Below are positions 58,316 through 64,000 of a DNA stretch of 64,000 bases, piece by piece. Origin of the DNA: Candidatus Hydrogenedentota bacterium. Lineage in GTDB: Bacteria; Hydrogenedentota; Hydrogenedentia; Hydrogenedentales; SLHB01. The stretch spans positions 224,001 to 288,000 of the forward strand of contig CAXXYE010000008.1 of the NCBI GenBank assembly GCA_963674865.2. Direction: 5' to 3'. Under the pieces are notes generated by a model. It did no database searches. It was not told where the DNA came from and saw only the letters and a list, made by a program, of their open reading frames with translations. Numbering within the stretch: the first letter of the stretch is position 1; every line of letters begins with the position of its first letter. Both the position numbers and the translations under genes were made by a program.

Positions 58316-59041
58316 CTATACCGGCACGTCTGTGAACCGGTAGCCTATCCCGCGGACGGATTCTATGAGGGAGGGGACCTTGGGGTCATCCTCGATCTTC
58401 TTTCGAATATGAGAGACGTGAACATCAACGGTTTTGGGAGTGCTGCAGGTCGCGTGCTCCCAGGCGAGTTCAAGTATCTTATCGCGGCTGAACACGTGTC
58501 CCGGGCGCCGGGCAAGCGCGTACAGTAAGTCGAACTCTATTTCGGTAAGTTCAATGGGTGCATCATCTTTCCAAACGCGCCTTTCACCCGGATCTAATCG
58601 CAAGCGACTAAAGCCCAAGACCTTGTCTCCCGGCGCCTCGTGTCTGGATCTGCGCAGAATCGCCTCAATTCGGGCACTGAGTTCTGGAAGATCAAACGGT
58701 TTCGGCACGTAATCATCCGCTCCTATCGCGAGAGTCATTACCTTCACCGCGGAGATGTTCGTGGAACTCAGCATGAGGACAGGAACAGTGCCCGAATCGC
58801 GCAGTTGGCGAAGTATTTCAATCCCGTCTATCGAGCGTGCGCTATTCGCCTTAACAGCCGGAAAGTTGATGTCGAGCACCACAAGGTCCAATTCCATGGA
58901 TCTCGCGGCCGCGAGGGCCGCACGCCCATTCACCGCGGTGACGACCTCGTAGCCCAGCTTTTCGAGATGGGGCTTCACTTCTGCCAGCAGATTGACATCG
59001 TCATCAGCTACCAGAATCTTGGTCTTTGAATTCCTTGCCAA
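58316..59041 (-). CDS. OmpR/PhoB-family DNA-binding response regulator
   Basis: ILVADDD, VVLDINFP, GADDYVPKPF, LTEIEFDLL, TVDVHVSHIRKKIE, IESVRGIGY. Confidence 0.95.
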   Translation of the reverse strand: MARNSKTKILVADDDVNLLAEVKPHLEKLGYEVVTAVNGRAALAAARSMELDLVVLDINFPAVKANSARSIDGIEILRQLRDSGTVPVLMLSSTNISAVKVMTLAIGADDYVPKPFDLPELSARIEAILRRSRHEAPGDKVLGFSRLRLDPGERRVWKDDAPIELTEIEFDLLYALARRPGHVFSRDKILELAWEHATCSTPKTVDVHVSHIRKKIEDDPKVPSLIESVRGIGYRFTDVPV

Positions 59042-59081
59042 GAATGTGACCTCCGTGTAGTAGACAACTGCCTGTCATCAA

Positions 59082-60176
59082 CTACCCGGGCAGCGCAAAA
59101 TAGAACGTGGCTCCACACTCCTTTATGCTCTCCGCCCATATGCGGCCACCGTGGCGCTCGATGATCCGCTTAACGAGCGCCAGGCCGACTCCCGATCCCT
59201 CGAAATGATGCGCTTTATGGAGCCGATGAAACGCCAGGAAGATCGATTCCGAGTGGCTCATGTCAAATCCCACGCCATTGTCGCAGATGCAGTAGACGGT
59301 TTCACCATCGGTTTCCGTGAAACCTACACGTATCTTTGCCCGTTCGCGCAGCCGCGTGAACTTCAGGGCATTCGCCAGCAAGTTCAAGAATACCTGCTTC
59401 AGAAGTGCTCGATCAGCCCGGCATGGAGGCAGCTCGTCAATCACGACTTCCACATCGCGGCCTTTTTGTTGGTCTCGCAACTCCTCAAGCGCCTCACGTG
59501 CTAGTCGTCGCACGTCAACACGGCGCTTTCTCATGGGCTCGCGGCTTACTCGTGAAAACGTGAGAAGATCCTCGATGAGCTTGCCCATTTCCCGGGTGCC
59601 ATCCAAGATCATGCGAGCCTTCTCTGCAGCGCCGGCGGGGAGTTGATCGCCATGCTCCTCAAGGAGCAGGTGCGCGATCTTGTTCGTGAGCCGCAGAGGA
59701 GTCCGCAGGTCATGCGACACGGACTGCGTGAACGCTTCAAGCTCCTTGTTGATTTGCTCAAGATCGACTCCGTGCTGCTGGAGTGCATCGTTCAACTCGT
59801 GGATTCTCTGGTCTGACTCCCTTTCGCGTGTGATGTCACGGAGTTCCACGAGGACCATCTCGGTCAGGTCTTCTCCTACGGTTAGGCGCCGGGCGTTGAC
59901 CGACAGGACTTTTCGTGTATGCGGCGGTATGGTGCATACGATTTCGACGTCCTCAACGTTGCTATCATGGGCCACGATGGCCTCGAGGATCGTCCTCAGC
60001 CGCGGTTGGCCGCTCTCTCCAGCGATAAGCTCCTGGACCGACTTGCCCTTCAACTGTCTTGGGGCGACCTTTAATGTCTTGTGGAAGGCTGGGTTTGCCA
60101 TTACCGCCCGGAGCGATTCGTCCAGGACAAGGACTGGTACGCCCAACGCTTTCAGGATGGATTCGGCGGCTTTCAC
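59082..60176 (-). CDS. Cytoplasmic PAS-domain sensor histidine kinase
   Basis: PAS (ANPAFHK), H-box SHDLRTPL, NLLANALKF, DNGVGFD, FHRLH, GSGVGLA; start uncertain (ORF extends to 60392). Confidence 0.9.
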   Translation of the reverse strand: MKAAESILKALGVPVLVLDESLRAVMANPAFHKTLKVAPRQLKGKSVQELIAGESGQPRLRTILEAIVAHDSNVEDVEIVCTIPPHTRKVLSVNARRLTVGEDLTEMVLVELRDITRERESDQRIHELNDALQQHGVDLEQINKELEAFTQSVSHDLRTPLRLTNKIAHLLLEEHGDQLPAGAAEKARMILDGTREMGKLIEDLLTFSRVSREPMRKRRVDVRRLAREALEELRDQQKGRDVEVVIDELPPCRADRALLKQVFLNLLANALKFTRLRERAKIRVGFTETDGETVYCICDNGVGFDMSHSESIFLAFHRLHKAHHFEGSGVGLALVKRIIERHGGRIWAESIKECGATFYFALPG

Positions 60177-60403
60177 GGCTCTTGTGAGCGTCCTCGGACT
60201 TTGCCCGGCATCGCAGTTACTGCAATCGCTGCATTTCCATATAACCGCGTCCAGAGTACACCGATCAGTGATCCGTTGCAACAGGCAGGCAGAGCCGGCG
60301 CAGGATACGCCGGGGGCTACAGCAAGGGCCAACCATGGTAAGGCTGTTGCATCGGATTGCGTTGTAAGTATCCAGGCAGAGCCGGAGGGCATCCTGCGTC
60401 CGG

Positions 60404-62038
60404 CTAGAAGTCCTCGGAAGATGGGTAATTCGGAGCTCCGTTGCCTCGCTTTTTTTCGGGTAACTCCGCCACCAGCGCCTCAGTCGTAAGCAGCAATCCC
60501 GCCACGCTGGCGGCGTTCTGAAGGGCGGCGCGAGCGACTTTGGTGGGATCAATGATATCCGCTTTCATGAGGTCTTCGTATTGGCCGTTTTCGGCATTGA
60601 AGCCGTAACCATTCTTGCCCGTTTTCACCTTCTGGACGACCATGGAGCCTTCTTCACCAGCGTTGATGGCGATTTGGCGGAGGGGTTCCTCCAGGGCCCG
60701 GCTGACAATTCTCGCCCCGGTTGCCTCGTCTCCCGTCAGTTCTCCCGCCAGTTTCAAGGTCTCAGATTGGCACCGTAACAGCGCCACGCCACCACCAGGG
60801 ACAATACCCTCCTCGACGGCCGCCCGTACCGCGTGGAGCGCGTCATCGACTCGCGCCTTCTTTTCCTTCATCTCGATTTCAGTGGCCGCGCCAACATGGA
60901 TTACGGCAACGCCGCCAGCCAATTTAGCAAGCCGCTCCTCCAACTTCTCGCGGTCGTAGGTCGACGTGGTCTCTTTGATGCTCCGCTTGATCAATTGAAT
61001 ACGTGCGCGAATGTCCTCGGAAGAGCCGCCACCCTCAATAAATGTTGTTGTATCCTTGTCAACGACGATGCGCTTGGCCTGGCCTAACTCGCTCAATTCA
61101 AGAGTCTCCAGGTTGCGGCCGAGGTCCTCAGTGACGGCCAAGCCGCCAGTCAACACGGCGATGTCCTGAAGCAGATCCTTGCGGCGGTCTCCGAATGCGG
61201 GCGCCTTTACGGCACAGGCCTTAATGGTGCCACGAAGCCTATTGACGACCAGTGCAGCCAAGACCTCGCTTCCTATATCTTCGGCAACGACAAGAAGCGG
61301 CCTTCCGGCCTTCGCTATTTTCTCCAGCAAGGGCAAGAGGTCCTGTACTGCCGCGATCTTCTTCTCGTGGATTAGCACGTAGGCGTCCTCAAGGTCGACC
61401 TCCATGGCCTCGCCGTCGGTGACGAAGTAGGGTGAAAGGTATCCCTTGTCGAACTGCATGCCTTCCACTACTTCGAGGGTCGTCTCAATGCCCTTGGCTT
61501 CTTCGACGGTAATGGTACCGTCGTTACCGACCTTCTGCATGGCCTCAGCGATGGTGGTGCCTATGGTGGCGTCGTTGTTTGCTGATATGGTGGCTACGCT
61601 CTTGAGTAACTCGGTGTCACTCTTGACCTGACGGCTCATCCTCGTCAGTTCGTCGACCACAACCGTAACGGCCTTGTCTATACCACGCTTCAGCGCCATG
61701 GGATTGGCCCCGGCGGTGACATTTCGCAGCCCTTCCCGGTAGATGGCTTCAGCAAGCACCGTGGCCGTGGTTGTCCCGTCACCGGCCACGTCGGCAGTCT
61801 TGGAAGCCACCTGCTTGACCATCTGCGCGCCCATGTTCTCGAAGGAGTGCTTCAGGTCGATTTCCTTTGCTACCGTGACACCGTCCTTCGTAACCGTGGG
61901 TGCGCCCCACGTCTTGTCGAGCATGGCATTGCGGCCCTTGGGGCCAAGCGTGGCCTTGACGGCTCTGCTGAGCACGGAAACGCCGTCGAGGATTGCCCGC
62001 CGGGCCTCCTCACCGTATACGATTTGCCTCGCACTCAT
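60404..62038 (-). CDS. groL: Chaperonin GroEL (paralogue without GGM tail)
   Basis: [46 protein letters not shown]. Confidence 0.98.
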   Translation of the reverse strand: MSARQIVYGEEARRAILDGVSVLSRAVKATLGPKGRNAMLDKTWGAPTVTKDGVTVAKEIDLKHSFENMGAQMVKQVASKTADVAGDGTTTATVLAEAIYREGLRNVTAGANPMALKRGIDKAVTVVVDELTRMSRQVKSDTELLKSVATISANNDATIGTTIAEAMQKVGNDGTITVEEAKGIETTLEVVEGMQFDKGYLSPYFVTDGEAMEVDLEDAYVLIHEKKIAAVQDLLPLLEKIAKAGRPLLVVAEDIGSEVLAALVVNRLRGTIKACAVKAPAFGDRRKDLLQDIAVLTGGLAVTEDLGRNLETLELSELGQAKRIVVDKDTTTFIEGGGSSEDIRARIQLIKRSIKETTSTYDREKLEERLAKLAGGVAVIHVGAATEIEMKEKKARVDDALHAVRAAVEEGIVPGGGVALLRCQSETLKLAGELTGDEATGARIVSRALEEPLRQIAINAGEEGSMVVQKVKTGKNGYGFNAENGQYEDLMKADIIDPTKVARAALQNAASVAGLLLTTEALVAELPEKKRGNGAPNYPSSEDF

Positions 62039-62074
62039 CCTCTGCAATCCTCCTTCTGCTGTCCTTTGCAACTA

Positions 62075-62362
62075 TCACTCAATTACGGCGAGGACATCCT
62101 CCTCACGGATTATCAAATGGTCCTCGCCCTTCACCTTTATTTCTGTGCCTGAATACTTTCCGATGAGGACTCGGCTGCCCTTTCTGACATCCACGGGCAC
62201 ACGTTTTCCGGAGTCGTTCAGACATCCCGGGCCCACAGCCACGACCTCGGCTTCTTGCTGTATTTCTCTGGCGGTGTCGGGAATGACGATCCCGCCTCGG
62301 CTAGTGTCTTCGGATTCCACTCGCTTAACGAGTATCCGGTCCGCTAGAGGCTTGATTCTCAT
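62075..62362 (-). CDS. groS: Co-chaperonin GroES
   Basis: IKPLADRILV, GGIVIPDTA, VVAVGPG, KYSGTEI. Confidence 0.97.
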   Translation of the reverse strand: MRIKPLADRILVKRVESEDTSRGGIVIPDTAREIQQEAEVVAVGPGCLNDSGKRVPVDVRKGSRVLIGKYSGTEIKVKGEDHLIIREEDVLAVIE

Positions 62363-62398
62363 TGCCTTTCCTCATCTGCTTCTTGATCTCAAAGTCCA

Positions 62399-62452
62399 AT
62401 GCTATCCAGAAAGAGTAAAACTGAGGGAAAGGCACGGTGAAGATTCGGCAAC
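62399..62452 (-). promoter_or_regulatory. 11-bp-period box promoter F (upstream of groES)
   Basis: Minus strand: GTTGCC gaatc TTCACC gtgcc TTTCCC tcagt TTTACT ctttctgga TAGCAT. Confidence 0.55.
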
Positions 62453-62551
62453 GATACATGGACAGAGGGGGTGCGCCGTGCTTTCTTCGGCCTCTGACCT
62501 CGCGCCGGAGGAATTCGGAATCGGGCCGCAGCGTCGGCCAATCCGCCATCA

Positions 62552-62605
62552 TTTACCGAACTTTTGCCCGCTCTTTGCCCACATTTCATGTAACGACGGC
62601 ATACT
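62552..62605 (+). promoter_or_regulatory. 11-bp-period TTTGCC box promoter E
   Basis: TTTACC gaact TTTGCC cgctc TTTGCC cacat TTCATG taacgacgg CATACT. Confidence 0.75.
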
Positions 62606-62699
62606 CTGATTATGCGGCTGGCTAGTTCCGTCGCGTATCAATCTTCATCTTGGAGGGTTTTTGGAGTGAAGGAAAGAAGTGCAGTGGCGAAGACACGAG

Positions 62700-62908
62700 G
62701 CGCGGAGCCTGCGATCACAGAGGTACTTGACACGTACAAGAAGATCATTGGACAGGACAGCATTCTCGTATCTTCGACCGGCGGTGATCTCTTCCGGTTC
62801 TTGAATGACGCATCAGGGAGCAGAGCGAAGGATAGCGGGTTCGCAAATATGGTGGCGAGTGCAGAAATACAGGCCGCAGCAGCCAACCAAAATGATGACG
62901 CTCGTTGA
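62700..62908 (+). pseudogene. Possible HflC (SPFH) C-terminal remnant
   Basis: LDTYKKIIGQDSILVSSTGGDLFRFL resembles the HflC C-terminus; no SPFH domain upstream. Confidence 0.4.
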
Positions 62909-62922
62909 TTGGGGAGGGCGAC

Positions 62923-63624
62923 ATGGAAGCCAAGGAGACCGGTGAGCGGCGTAAGACCCTTCGAGTTCGGATCGCGCGACGGTTCATTTCCGGGATCGCG
63001 GTTCTTATTCCTCTCGGGATCACGCTGTTTGCACTGTCAATTGTATTCAAGGCAACCGTTGGCGTCTCGGCATCATTCCTCGGCCTGTTTCTGGGCGACC
63101 TGCCCAGAAATATTGTCATAATACTCTCAGTCCTCTTCAGCGTTGGCGTTGTTTATATTGCCGGACTCCTGGCCTCACATGTGGTCGGGCGGAAAGTGAT
63201 AGCGCTGGGGGAGGTCCTTGTGGCCCAGATCCCCGTGGTGAAGACAATCTACGCAACCTCCAAGCAAGTGATTGAGATGTTCCAGGGGCACTCAAACTCC
63301 CAGACTAGAAAGGTGGTACTTGTCGAGTATCCTACGCCAGGACTGAAGGCCTTTGGATTCCTCACGGGGCGCATCACCATGCCGGACGCCACGGAATACT
63401 TCAAAATATTCATTCCCACTGCGCCCAATCCCACCTCAGGCTACTTTCAACTCGTACCGATCAGCCGTTGTGAAGTGCTGGATATGTCGACCGAGGAGGC
63501 CTTCCGAATTATCATATCCGTCGGTATTCTCGCTCCACCGTGTCTGCAAGCTTCGGCAACAGAATTCATGCCTGGCTATGTGCCAATAGAAGTCACTGCT
63601 GATATGTCTTCACGCTCGGGATAG
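62923..63624 (+). CDS. DUF502 family membrane protein
   Basis: FISGIAVLIPLGIT, IPVVKTIY, VVLVEYP, FIPTAPNPTSG, IISVG. Confidence 0.9.
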   Translation: MEAKETGERRKTLRVRIARRFISGIAVLIPLGITLFALSIVFKATVGVSASFLGLFLGDLPRNIVIILSVLFSVGVVYIAGLLASHVVGRKVIALGEVLVAQIPVVKTIYATSKQVIEMFQGHSNSQTRKVVLVEYPTPGLKAFGFLTGRITMPDATEYFKIFIPTAPNPTSGYFQLVPISRCEVLDMSTEEAFRIIISVGILAPPCLQASATEFMPGYVPIEVTADMSSRSG

Positions 63625-63774
63625 GAGATGATGCGACAGATTGACGACTTAGAAGGCCATGATGTTATGAGTTGCTATTGAAAGAGCGGGCAAGACAACT
63701 GTGGTCATCGGATGTGCCGGGCCAGTTGCGGTGTCGGCAGAGATCGTAGATGCCCGCATCAAAGGAGTCTGTTG

Positions 63775-63918
63775 ATGGGAGACAAGGGCCAGAAGGACAA
63801 GGACAAGGGCCGGAAACAGAAAGCTGCAAAGGTTGCAGCAATTGAGAAGAAGAAACGGGATGGACAAGAGACAGGGAGGCATGAGCCGCCAAAGACGAAG
63901 GTCCGATCGTTGCCGTGA
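63775..63918 (+). CDS. Small basic Lys-rich protein
   Basis: RBS AAGGAG then ATG; MGDKGQKDKDKGRKQKAAKVAAIEKKKRD... Confidence 0.55.
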   Translation: MGDKGQKDKDKGRKQKAAKVAAIEKKKRDGQETGRHEPPKTKVRSLP

Positions 63919-64000
63919 ACTGACGCAGTTCATGGAGTCCAACCAGGCCCCCCGCGCTGCGGGGCCCGCTTCGCGCAAGGTACCGCTTTGCCGTTTGCGA

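Noticed and set aside
60180..60400. Cys-rich N-terminal extension of the histidine kinase ORF and the repeated GGCAGAGCCGG
   Set aside because: Probably non-coding upstream sequence read in frame; two copies of an 11-mer in GC-rich DNA are weak evidence.
63980..64000. TTTGCC/TTTGCG at the window end as another box promoter
   Set aside because: The spacing is 7 bp, not 11, and the context is cut off.
1..64000. CRISPR array, intact tRNA/rRNA, intact transposase or prophage genes
   Set aside because: No repeat-spacer periodicity, complete cloverleaf or such genes were seen by eye; only tRNA fragments and a dead integrase are present.

Overview
GC-rich bacterial window from a diderm with many carbohydrate-active genes. 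The gene style suggests Hydrogenedentota or another PVC-like lineage, which is inference only. (1) 1-10.7 kb: glycan-degradation genes (partial sialidase, Tat-exported FAD oxidoreductase, GH36, sulfatase, DUF4838-like protein, GH95-like enzyme). (2) 10.9-24.5 kb: a minus-strand Wzx/Wzy exopolysaccharide operon with a triple-domain CysE-like acetyltransferase, two flippases and a degenerate BY-kinase. (3) 25-31 kb: ThuA-like gene, a stand-alone rplJ-rplL with L10 leader, and a TPR/CsgG lipoprotein paired with a FadL-like barrel. (4) 31-49 kb: more CAZyme-like genes, a sugar ABC transporter and a tRNA-Met remnant (a second remnant lies at 8 kb). (5) 49-64 kb: a decayed mobile or stress island with AbiEii and tyrosine-integrase pseudogenes, J-domain/pfkA/HflC fragments, three response regulators, a PAS kinase, a radical SAM enzyme, a sigma-2-only protein and a second groESL. 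The strongest unannotated signal is in this island: six to seven promoters share tandem TTTGCC-like hexamers at exact 11-bp spacing followed by a fixed-distance -10-like hexamer, and most occur as divergent pairs. This points to a self-contained regulon, probably run by the island's OmpR-family regulator. All product calls come from motif recognition by eye; no searches were run.
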